25,530 nucleotides of DNA from a virus (IMGVR_UViG_3300030376_000976:1-25530), one strand, 5' to 3'. Shown: positions 8,854-16,866, counted from the stretch's first letter. Program-made: numbers and translations. The notes: a model not told the origin generated them from the sequence alone.

Positions 8854-9282
8854 ATGGCAACACTAACAATAATTAAAGATGATAAATTTGTAGATAGAGA
8901 TGGTGTCGGTGTTACATTAGGTACTGTTAATTTACCTGCAAATGTACACGCAATACAATGGAATGGTTCTTCTGGATGGGTTGAATATAATGATGGAACG
9001 GATAATACAACATTATCTAGTATTGATGCTTATTCAACAATAACAGATGATTATGATACTAAAATAGCTGAAATAAATGCTGCTAAAGAAGCTGAAACTA
9101 AAGCTGCTAATGATGCTGCTACTAAAGCTGCTAATGACAAAGCAACTTTAGAAGCTACTTATGGATGGAAAAGAGAAAACGAATATCCTTCAATCGCAGA
9201 CCAACTTGATGATATTTATCATAATGGTATAGATGGATGGAAAACAACAATTAAAGCAGTTAAAGACAAATATCCTAAATAA
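8854..9282 (+). CDS. Fibre-associated protein (putative fibre assembly/chaperone)
   Basis: Follows the fibre gene. VHAIQW-G-GWVEY N-domain and C-terminal R-EYPSIADQLD-IYH-W-IKAVKDKYPK motif. AGGAG RBS. Confidence 0.65.
   Translation: MATLTIIKDDKFVDRDGVGVTLGTVNLPANVHAIQWNGSSGWVEYNDGTDNTTLSSIDAYSTITDDYDTKIAEINAAKEAETKAANDAATKAANDKATLEATYGWKRENEYPSIADQLDDIYHNGIDGWKTTIKAVKDKYPK
9097..9137 (+). repeat. Direct repeat ACTAAAGCTGCTAATGA x2, 24-nt period
   Basis: Copies at 9097-9113 and 9121-9137, each encoding TKAAND. Confidence 0.9.
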
Positions 9283-9291
9283 CAATAGGTT

Positions 9292-9609
9292 ATGCCGAAA
9301 GGAAAAAAAGATTTAGAGGTAGAGTTTACCTGTCCTCTTGGAAGTGAGTGTGAGGAAATAAAGGATAATAAAATCTACAGGTGTATGTGGTACACAAAAG
9401 TTGTTGGTATGGATGCTAATACTGGGAAAACAGTTGATGATTGGTCGTGTGCCATAACTTGGATGCCTACATTGCAAATAGAAATGTCAGCTACTAATAG
9501 AGGACAAACTGCTGCTTTAGAAAGTTTTAGAAATGAAACAGTAAAAGGACAAGCAGAATTTAATAAATTAGTTGGTGCTAGAAAAGGAATATCTCTTGAC
9601 AACAAATAG
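9292..9609 (+). CDS. Conserved-type fibre-module hypothetical protein (Cys-rich, possibly Zn-binding)
   Basis: CPL...C...C-W...G-D-TG..DDW-CAI-W-P...AALESFRNE. Four Cys. AGGT RBS. Confidence 0.7.
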   Translation: MPKGKKDLEVEFTCPLGSECEEIKDNKIYRCMWYTKVVGMDANTGKTVDDWSCAITWMPTLQIEMSATNRGQTAALESFRNETVKGQAEFNKLVGARKGISLDNK

Positions 9610-10168
9610 TAGTGGTATTTTGGTTTCAAGTATTAAAGTTCCAGATGAACTTTGTGATGAATTAATTGATTATTTTGAAACTGTACAAAAACAAAATCCA
9701 AGTACAATCTCTGCAAATGAACAGATACATAATGGTACAAACAATAGAAAAGATAAATCATTATTTTTAGATGAAATAAATGGAACTTTAACTTCCCGTG
9801 TTAATGAATATTTAACAGAAGCAGCTAAAGAGTATTGTGATATTTATAACACTTTATATTTAGATGATGGTGTAATAAAAAGCACAAAACAAAAAGTACA
9901 AAAAACAGAAATAGGTGGTGGGTTTCACACTTGGCATTGCGAAGATACAAATTTAGCATCTTCTAATAGAATTGCAGTATGGACAATATATTTAAATGAT
10001 GTAAAGGAAGGCGGAGAAACAGAATTTTTATATCACGCACATAGAGAAAAAGCAGAAAAAGGAAAAATATGTTTATTTCCTGCAAATTATATGGCAACAC
10101 ATAGAGGCAATCCACCTATTAGTAATGAAAAATATATTGTAACTGGTTGGTATACTTTATATGCGTAA
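9596..10168 (+). CDS. 2OG-Fe(II) oxygenase (prolyl-4-hydroxylase-like)
   Basis: WHCED (first His plus acidic ligand), IYLNDV-EGGETEF, FPA-THRG-PP (second His) and KYIVTGW. TTG 9596 has AAGGA 7 nt upstream, whereas the ORF-track start 9572 lacks an RBS. Confidence 0.9.
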   Translation: MTTNSSGILVSSIKVPDELCDELIDYFETVQKQNPSTISANEQIHNGTNNRKDKSLFLDEINGTLTSRVNEYLTEAAKEYCDIYNTLYLDDGVIKSTKQKVQKTEIGGGFHTWHCEDTNLASSNRIAVWTIYLNDVKEGGETEFLYHAHREKAEKGKICLFPANYMATHRGNPPISNEKYIVTGWYTLYA

Positions 10169-10694
10169 ATTAATTTTATTTTTATTAGTAGTAAGTTCTG
10201 TATTTGCAGCAGACCCTATAGTTACAGAATCTACTAGCACAGTAACAACAAATGGCAATCAAAAAACAGAAGTAATTAGTCCGCCACCTAGTGCTATATC
10301 GCCTCAGTTTGGTAGTGGAAACAATAGTGATTTATGTACAATTAGTTCTAGTGGTTCAGTACAGACACAGATACTAGGATTGTCAGTAGGTACGACATAC
10401 ACAGAAGAAAATTGTTTAAGGTTAAAGAAAGCACAGAAGCTGTATATGTTTGGAATGAAAGTCGCAGCAGTTAGTGTGATGTGTCAAGACCCAGATATTT
10501 TTAGGGCGATGGCTCAAGCGGGAACATACTGTCCGTATGATGGTTTAATAGGACAACAGGCAAAAGATGCTTGGGCAGTACATACAAATGAAATACCAGT
10601 TCCAAAGGAGAAAGATGAAATTAGTGTTGCAGAAAAGCGTGATAAAGCCTTATCTATTATGGGTACTGTTGCTGCTGCCTTTTTGTTCTTTTAG
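10161..10694 (+). CDS. Exported protein 1: signal peptide, Cys-flanked beta-hairpin, C-terminal hydrophobic tail
   Basis: MRKLILFLLVVSSVFA signal, PPPSAISP, four Cys, and terminal ALSIMGTVAAAFLFF. Confidence 0.75.
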   Translation: MRKLILFLLVVSSVFAADPIVTESTSTVTTNGNQKTEVISPPPSAISPQFGSGNNSDLCTISSSGSVQTQILGLSVGTTYTEENCLRLKKAQKLYMFGMKVAAVSVMCQDPDIFRAMAQAGTYCPYDGLIGQQAKDAWAVHTNEIPVPKEKDEISVAEKRDKALSIMGTVAAAFLFF

Positions 10695-11493
10695 TTACGA
10701 ATTTGGTTATACAAGTAATGCTGCTTTATATGGCAATACTTGGAAGATGAATACAGGCACTTTAGGTGTTAGTGCTGAAGAAGGTTTAGATATAAGTGGT
10801 GTACTGTACAACTACACAGCAGTTAAGAATGTAGTAGATGATTTCACAGTTACGATAGAGAGCGACAAAGTAGGTGGGGGTTATGTTTTTCAAGAGGAGC
10901 ATAACTGGGATGGTAAATACGGAATGAAGATACAGAATGTCATACCTTTACCTTACACACCGATTGAGCAGTTTGGTGATGGCAGGATAAGAGGTACAGG
11001 TACAGGCAGTATTGAAGATGTAACCATACTTTATATGTACAGATGGGATTTATGTAGGAACGCACAGAATGATGAGAGTTGTCCAGATTATATACCGCCA
11101 CTACCAGTTGTACCCAAGATAGAAATATATGATGCTTTAGACGATGAATTTGTTAAGGTTGCAACAAAGGAGACGGATGATAAATTATATGACAAAGAAG
11201 AAGAAGCAAAAGCCGATGATGAGGATGAAGAAGAAAAAGAACGATTAGAGATAGCAATGGCTGCTAGTGAAAATGCTTTAACGATAGCCAACACAGCATC
11301 ACAAGCATCAATATTAAAAAGCATAAACCAAGCTACCAATATGAATGCTTATTATGTAGCACAGATTTCAGGTGGAGTATATCGTGATACAACTCAGTTA
11401 GATGGTGGAAAGGTAGTAGATAACAGGTTAGTTTTTAGAAGTTTAACACAAGAGCAATTACACAACGAAATGATACAGGAGCAGTATAAATGA
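10615..11493 (+). CDS. Exported protein 2: signal peptide, beta-rich domain, Cys pair, Pro/acidic linker, helical C-terminus
   Basis: AAGGAG before ATG 10615 (GTG 10639 also possible). Hydrophobic LLWVLLLLPFCSFS, CRNAQNDESC-PDYIPPLP and acidic run DDEDEEEKE. Confidence 0.7.
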   Translation: MKLVLQKSVIKPYLLWVLLLLPFCSFSYEFGYTSNAALYGNTWKMNTGTLGVSAEEGLDISGVLYNYTAVKNVVDDFTVTIESDKVGGGYVFQEEHNWDGKYGMKIQNVIPLPYTPIEQFGDGRIRGTGTGSIEDVTILYMYRWDLCRNAQNDESCPDYIPPLPVVPKIEIYDALDDEFVKVATKETDDKLYDKEEEAKADDEDEEEKERLEIAMAASENALTIANTASQASILKSINQATNMNAYYVAQISGGVYRDTTQLDGGKVVDNRLVFRSLTQEQLHNEMIQEQYK

Positions 11494-12014
11494 ACAAATT
11501 AATAACTTTATTTTTAATGGTAGGACTTACTGGATGTTCTTTATTTGCGAGCAAGGTAGAAGCCAATACTAATATTAATGGCAATGTAGAGTCAAGGTGT
11601 ACAGTCAATACTGATACCGCAGGTTATTACGGAAACCCTAATGCGTACACACTAACTACGCTGCCTGCAAGTGCTGGACAAGTACCTATTGTTCGTGTTG
11701 ATACTTCTCTTGCTAATGCTTACAAAGCTCAGATAAGTTACCCTACATCTTTTAGTTCAAGTCCAAGTTTAGGTGATACTGTTGTCTGGACAGGAGCAGT
11801 AGCAGTAGCACAAACATCGTCTAATGATATGTCAGGTTATCAAGCTGCTAGTACAACAGCAGATGGTGGTGCAATGCGAATTTATAATTTAGTACACGCT
11901 GGTACGACTTGGTTTAGTGTTACCTCAGTTGCTACATATGGTGGTGGACAACAAAAGGCATTTCCTGGTGGTTCATATTCGGCAGTCGTAGTAGCAGAAT
12001 GTATCGCCCAGTAA
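11490..12014 (+). CDS. Exported protein 3: pilin/fimbrial-subunit-like putative lipoprotein
   Basis: Lipobox LTGC (Cys16), N-terminal I-G-V-xx-C-x-V strand and C-terminal PGGSYSAVVVAEC strand, reminiscent of chaperone-usher (incl. Csu/SCPU) pilins. AGGAG RBS. Confidence 0.55.
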   Translation: MNKLITLFLMVGLTGCSLFASKVEANTNINGNVESRCTVNTDTAGYYGNPNAYTLTTLPASAGQVPIVRVDTSLANAYKAQISYPTSFSSSPSLGDTVVWTGAVAVAQTSSNDMSGYQAASTTADGGAMRIYNLVHAGTTWFSVTSVATYGGGQQKAFPGGSYSAVVVAECIAQ

Positions 12015-12370
12015 TACTGTGGTTGTTGCTATGTGGTAGTGTAGCAGCACATGATATGACACCCACTTACCCTAAGTGGAAAATGTCGTTTATACCAACT
12101 GCTAAGATGACTACAATGCAGATATTTAATAAAAGGGAAGATGTACAATGGTATCAAATAGGTGTGTTTGATAAAGATTGGGAACCTATACCTTTTGTTA
12201 CAAGATATAAAATAGTTAATGTAAAACATTTACAGCGTGTTAGATTTGATGTTTATATTAGTGATAGAAATGTAGAAGAATCTAAATATATATGTTCTAC
12301 ATCTAAACTTAGAGGTAATGATAGTTTTAAACCTATAGTAGAATCTAGGATATGTTCGAGGTTTAAGTGA
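11999..12370 (+). CDS. Exported protein 4: single Ig-like domain, PapD-chaperone-like
   Basis: Signal peptide ending VAA, then HDMTPTYP ... MQIFN ... YQIGVFD ... RFDVYI with alternating beta pattern and a C-terminal Cys pair. Confidence 0.5.
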   Translation: MYRPVILWLLLCGSVAAHDMTPTYPKWKMSFIPTAKMTTMQIFNKREDVQWYQIGVFDKDWEPIPFVTRYKIVNVKHLQRVRFDVYISDRNVEESKYICSTSKLRGNDSFKPIVESRICSRFK

Positions 12371-12792
12371 AATGGTTAAGGTATGTGTGTTGCTACGCCT
12401 TTCTTAGCACACAAGTAATAGCAGATAGCAACTCAATGAGTTTTTCTTTGCCTAGTATGAGTTCTGTAAGCGGTTCAGATAGTATTAGAGCAGGTGATTT
12501 AGATTGCAAAAATGCTATAGGAGGTAGTACAAACTTTGAAATAGGTATGACAGGTGTAATAAACAATGCTATAGTACCTATAATAGGAAAAGAAGACCCT
12601 AATAACCCTCAATCTAAAGATATAGGGTTGTATGCTAGATTAGTTATACCGTTAGACGGACCAAGTGAGCGTATAAATTGCAATACTTTGTATCAATTAG
12701 AGTTACAACGCAGAAGATTAGAGGTAGAAAGGCTTAAACAAGAGATTGAATACTTAAAAATGATACAAAATGATGGAGCATTCAATAACTAA
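12367..12792 (+). CDS. Exported protein 5: signal peptide, Cys-flanked amphipathic beta-hairpin, C-terminal coiled coil
   Basis: GTG start overlapping the upstream TGA. Signal ending VIA, strands TNFEIGMTG and DIGLYARLVIPL between two Cys, coiled coil LELQRRRLEVERLKQEIEYLK. Confidence 0.7.
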   Translation: MKWLRYVCCYAFLSTQVIADSNSMSFSLPSMSSVSGSDSIRAGDLDCKNAIGGSTNFEIGMTGVINNAIVPIIGKEDPNNPQSKDIGLYARLVIPLDGPSERINCNTLYQLELQRRRLEVERLKQEIEYLKMIQNDGAFNN

Positions 12793-13259
12793 TGGCAGAT
12801 TTAGGAGAAAAAGTAGCACAGGTAGAAGGTTTAGTAGATAAACGATTAAGTTTTTTAGGTTTAAAGTTTACATATACTACTCTCGTTGGCGCATTTGCTC
12901 TTATAAGTACAATTGTAGGTTCGCTATATGGAGGGTTCCTGATGTATCAGAAAGTAGAAGGAATAGCTAATTTGGACCTTGATGCTATAGCTGGACAGAT
13001 GAAGAAAACTTCATCAGATGTTATTAGAATTGAACAGCATGCTGATGCTATTAAGATAGAATTAAAAAAAGATATGACAGATTTACGGAACGCACAATGG
13101 AACTTAGAATCTAAAGTTGATGGTAAACTACAGTCAGTAGATACAAAACTTACTAGCTACGATACAAAGCTAGATAGATTTGAAGTAAAAGTAGAGAAGA
13201 CTAAAGTAGATATGGAAAAAAGAATACAAGAGTCTTTAGATAACCCACTAGCAAACTAA
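12792..13259 (+). CDS. Single-pass membrane protein with long coiled coil
   Basis: TM segment LVGAFALISTIVGSLYGGFLMY, then ~90 aa of heptads ending LDNPLAN. GGAG RBS and TAATG coupling. Confidence 0.8.
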   Translation: MADLGEKVAQVEGLVDKRLSFLGLKFTYTTLVGAFALISTIVGSLYGGFLMYQKVEGIANLDLDAIAGQMKKTSSDVIRIEQHADAIKIELKKDMTDLRNAQWNLESKVDGKLQSVDTKLTSYDTKLDRFEVKVEKTKVDMEKRIQESLDNPLAN

Positions 13260-13275
13260 GGAATTAATATGCCAC

Positions 13276-13479
13276 ATGGAAGATAAAAGAGTACAGCTAC
13301 AGTTAGATAAACATTCTTCACAGATAGCTAAGCTCTTTAGTAAGATTGATGATACTAACGCTAAAATACAAAAGATATTTAACATATTAAATCAAATTAG
13401 ATACTTTATATATGGTGGGTTTGCTTACTTTATAGCTTCTGAAGTAGGGATGTTTAATTTATTGAGGTTAGTAGCATGA
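13276..13479 (+). CDS. Small coiled-coil plus C-terminal TM protein (XhlA/holin-like)
   Basis: N-terminal heptads then hydrophobic YFIYGGFAYFIA. ATGA overlap with the next gene. Confidence 0.55.
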   Translation: MEDKRVQLQLDKHSSQIAKLFSKIDDTNAKIQKIFNILNQIRYFIYGGFAYFIASEVGMFNLLRLVA

Positions 13480-13913
13480 TAGGATTTTTAACAAATATAG
13501 CACCTATAGCTTTAGGCTTTGTTGCTAAGTTGTTTGCTTTAAAAAGTCAAGCAGCACAAGAACAACAAAAGATGATGATAGAAAACCTACAAGTTAGGAA
13601 TGATTCTATCAACCAAGCTAGGTCAATGGCACAGAAAGAAAGTCCAATGGCTGCGATGAATAGAAGAATTATAATTTTAGTTATACTAGCTTTAATTATT
13701 TTTACACAGATAGCTCCTGTGTTTTTTAATGTACCTACAGTAATACCTACAGTAATTGAAGGAGCTAGCCTACTAGGTATACAGCTAACACCTGATACAA
13801 TGGACTATGTAACTGTACAAGCAGGAGCAGTACTTAAGTTTGATGAAGTATTCCAATGGGCGACTATGATAATAGAGTTCTATTTCGGTGCGCAATTAGC
13901 TAAGGGGAAGTAA
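13476..13913 (+). CDS. Membrane protein, holin-like
   Basis: N-terminal amphipathic/hydrophobic helix, RR-IIILVILALIIF TM, and C-terminal IIEFYFG-basic end resembling 3TM (GTA-type) holins. Confidence 0.55.
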   Translation: MIGFLTNIAPIALGFVAKLFALKSQAAQEQQKMMIENLQVRNDSINQARSMAQKESPMAAMNRRIIILVILALIIFTQIAPVFFNVPTVIPTVIEGASLLGIQLTPDTMDYVTVQAGAVLKFDEVFQWATMIIEFYFGAQLAKGK

Positions 13914-14591
13914 ATGACATTTAGAGAAGTAATAAACGAAGTATTAATAAGGCTAAGAGAAACACCTATTGCTACTGATTGGAGTGGTGCTATTAACGAT
14001 AGTGCTACTGTATCTGACTATAATAAAGTCATAGGAGCTTTAGTTAATGATGCTAAAAGAAGTATAGAATCTTATCATGACTGGCAAATACTTAGAGAAA
14101 CTGTTGCTGTAACTACAGTAGCAGGTACTAAAAACTATAATCTTAGTTCAGGACAAGAATTTAAGATACTAGATGTAGTTAATAATGCTACAGGCAATGA
14201 GCTAGTGCAAGTAAGCAGAGCATACCTTAATAGAGAAAGATATCCTACAGCTTCTACAGGAGAACCTCATTACTATGGTTTTAATGGAGCAGATAGTTCT
14301 AATAATCTTAAAATAGACTTATCACCTACTCCTAGTAAAGCAGAAATTATTTCTTTTGATATGGTTAAGTATCAAGATGTATTAACTGACGCTAGTACAG
14401 TTGTTAAGATACCTACTAAACCTTTAATACTAGGAGCTTTTGCTAGAGCTTTGTCGGAAAGAGGAGAAGATGGAGGTACACAATCATCTATAGCTGCTGC
14501 TGAAGCTAGTACTGCTATATCACAAGCTATCTTAATGGATAGTGGAAATACTCAATTTGAGTCTGACTGGTTTATGGGAAATATTCACTAA
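13914..14591 (+). CDS. Tail adaptor / tail tubular protein A-like
   Basis: MTF-E-INEVL-RLRE, VNDAKR-IE-DW-LR, G-P-YY, L-PTP, A-ERGEDGG. Position before the nozzle gene. Confidence 0.85.
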   Translation: MTFREVINEVLIRLRETPIATDWSGAINDSATVSDYNKVIGALVNDAKRSIESYHDWQILRETVAVTTVAGTKNYNLSSGQEFKILDVVNNATGNELVQVSRAYLNRERYPTASTGEPHYYGFNGADSSNNLKIDLSPTPSKAEIISFDMVKYQDVLTDASTVVKIPTKPLILGAFARALSERGEDGGTQSSIAAAEASTAISQAILMDSGNTQFESDWFMGNIH

Positions 14592-16189
14592 TGGCTAAAC
14601 AGTTAGCATTACAATCTTTAAGTAACTTAGGTGTTAATGGTTTAAATACGCAGTATAACCCTTCGATGTTAGACCCCTCATTCCTTACTGCTGCTGACAA
14701 TGTAATGCTTAGAGAGTCAGGTAGAATTTCTTTTAGAAAAGGATTAAAACAAAAAGTAGTTCCTACTGGTACAGCTATAGGTTCTATGGTAGAACATAAC
14801 GATGCTGGAACTAATAAAATATTTGCTAGTCATGGGACTTCTATTTACACAATTGACTTTACATCTCCTAATGCTGCTTTTCCTAGTAGCGGTGCTGATG
14901 TTAAGCATACCGTTTCAGGTAGTTCAGGTAATTGGCAGTTTATAAACTTTAATGAAAGGCTACATTGCTTTCACGCAGGAGTTGTACCTCAAAGATATGA
15001 TGGTGCTTTAGGTTCTGGTTCTAAATGGGCGGCTTTTAATAACAGTACGAAGCCTTCAGGTTTAACTACATTTGACCCTAGTTGCGGTATGGGTTTTTAT
15101 GGTAGAATGTTTGTAGGAGGAGTAACAGAAGAAAAAGCTGTAATGTATTACTCTGTTTTATTAGATGGAGATGACTATACAGGTACAGGTTCAGGATTAT
15201 TAGACTTAAAGAAAGTTTGGGATAATGATGAGATAGTAAACATTGCTCCTTTCTTTGGACAGTTAGTTATATTCGGTAAGAATAACATAGCTATATATGA
15301 TAATCCTGATGATGTAGCTAATATGTCATTAAATGAAGTTATAAGTGGTGTAGGTTTAGTTAATAGAGACTCAGTACAAGCGGTAGGAGATGACTTAGTA
15401 TTTCTTTCAGCTACAGGATTGCGTTCACTTAATCGTACTACAGAGAAAGATAAAGTACCTTTAACTGATTACAGTGCTAATATAAAAGATACCTTAATAA
15501 GAAACATATCACAAAGTACTGCTGTTAAATCAGTTTATTTAGAAGATGAAGGTGTTTATATTCTTACTTTTACAGAGAAGAACATTACATACGCATTTGA
15601 TTTTAAGCACTTCACTCCTAATAAAGTACCTAGGGTAACAACATGGAGTTTTGATAACGATAGAGAACCCGCTAGTATGATAGATACTGAATTGTATAGC
15701 GGTTTATTAGTAGGACAAAAGGATGGTGGGATAGCAGGTTATGAAGGATATTTTGATACGGATTTGGCTTGGGTTAATTCGGCAGCTAGTTATACTAATT
15801 CTGGTATCACCGCTAATGTTGATTCCATATGGATACCTATGGGTGATTCAGTAGCTGCTGCTATATTAAAAAAATTAATACTTGTACTTGAAGGCGGTTC
15901 AGGAGCTACATTAGGAGTTAGGTGGTACAAAGATTATAGTATGAGTTCTTCTAGTACTACTGAGATAGCCTTAAATCCTTCTACTACTAGCACTACTGCT
16001 TTATATGGAGCATCTACTTCTTTATGGGGAGATGTTAAGTACACACCTATCTATGGTTTACAAGAATATAAGACTCCATTAACAGGTAGTGCTAAAACAT
16101 TAAAACTAAATATGAGTATTGTATCTAATGGTTATGATGCTTCTATTCAAGATTTATCAATTATATCTTTACAAGGGAAAATACGATGA
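14591..16189 (+). CDS. Tail nozzle / tail tubular protein B (stabilisation-protein-like beta-propeller)
   Basis: 532 aa, GLNTQ start, ADNV ... G-I-RKG, LVIFGKNNI-IY, SVQ-GDDLVFLS-TGLRSL motifs. Confidence 0.88.
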   Translation: MAKQLALQSLSNLGVNGLNTQYNPSMLDPSFLTAADNVMLRESGRISFRKGLKQKVVPTGTAIGSMVEHNDAGTNKIFASHGTSIYTIDFTSPNAAFPSSGADVKHTVSGSSGNWQFINFNERLHCFHAGVVPQRYDGALGSGSKWAAFNNSTKPSGLTTFDPSCGMGFYGRMFVGGVTEEKAVMYYSVLLDGDDYTGTGSGLLDLKKVWDNDEIVNIAPFFGQLVIFGKNNIAIYDNPDDVANMSLNEVISGVGLVNRDSVQAVGDDLVFLSATGLRSLNRTTEKDKVPLTDYSANIKDTLIRNISQSTAVKSVYLEDEGVYILTFTEKNITYAFDFKHFTPNKVPRVTTWSFDNDREPASMIDTELYSGLLVGQKDGGIAGYEGYFDTDLAWVNSAASYTNSGITANVDSIWIPMGDSVAAAILKKLILVLEGGSGATLGVRWYKDYSMSSSSTTEIALNPSTTSTTALYGASTSLWGDVKYTPIYGLQEYKTPLTGSAKTLKLNMSIVSNGYDASIQDLSIISLQGKIR

Positions 16190-16857
16190 GTAATTACACT
16201 ATAGCAGTCAATTGGTCAGGTAAGGATGCGCTTTCGGATAGTGATGCTGCGAAGGTAATTTCCGGTTCTGATTTTAATACTGAATTTACAACAGTTAGAA
16301 CAGCAGTTAATTCTAAAGCAGATTTAAACGGAGATTCTAGCGAAGACTTTGCTATGAATAACGGTACAGCCGCTACTCAAAGTGCTTCTGATAACTCTAC
16401 TAAAATAGCTACTACAGCTTATGTAACTACAGCAGTTGCAGCAGTTGATAAAGCAGTCATTAACGGACACGCTTATCCAGTAGGCTCAATATATACTTCA
16501 GTAGTAGCTACTAATCCTGCTACATTACTTGGTGTTGGTACTTGGACAGCATTTGGTGAAGGTAAAGTAATGGTAGGTATTGACTCTAGTGATACAGATT
16601 TTGATACTGTATTAGAAACTGGTGGCTCTAAAACTGATAGTCATACACTTACAGTTGCAGAAATACCTTCACACGACCACGATTTATATACTAGAGGCTC
16701 TGGTGCAGATAGTATTACAAGTGTATCAGCAGCAACACAAGCAGGTCCGATTAATACAGATACAAATTCAGTAAGACCAGTAGGCGGGGGTGGAGCGCAC
16801 ACTCACGACATTGTACAACCATATATCGTAGTATATATGTGGCGAAGAACAGCATAG
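16186..16857 (+). CDS. Short tail fibre/needle with T4 gp10-C-like tip domain
   Basis: N-terminal KD-L ... K-I-G-DF-TEF ... AVNSKAD, TKIATTAYV linker, YPVGSIY-S-NP-GTW-G-V-VG, HTLTVAEIPSHDH, QPYIVVYMWRRTA. Confidence 0.8.
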   Translation: MSNYTIAVNWSGKDALSDSDAAKVISGSDFNTEFTTVRTAVNSKADLNGDSSEDFAMNNGTAATQSASDNSTKIATTAYVTTAVAAVDKAVINGHAYPVGSIYTSVVATNPATLLGVGTWTAFGEGKVMVGIDSSDTDFDTVLETGGSKTDSHTLTVAEIPSHDHDLYTRGSGADSITSVSAATQAGPINTDTNSVRPVGGGGAHTHDIVQPYIVVYMWRRTA

Positions 16858-16866
16858 GAGAATAGA

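Noticed and set aside
8420-16857. Diversity-generating retroelement acting on fibre tips
   Set aside because: The two fibre tips share only protein-level motifs (HTL...E.PSH.H). No adenine-specific template/variable repeat pair and no reverse transcriptase in the window.
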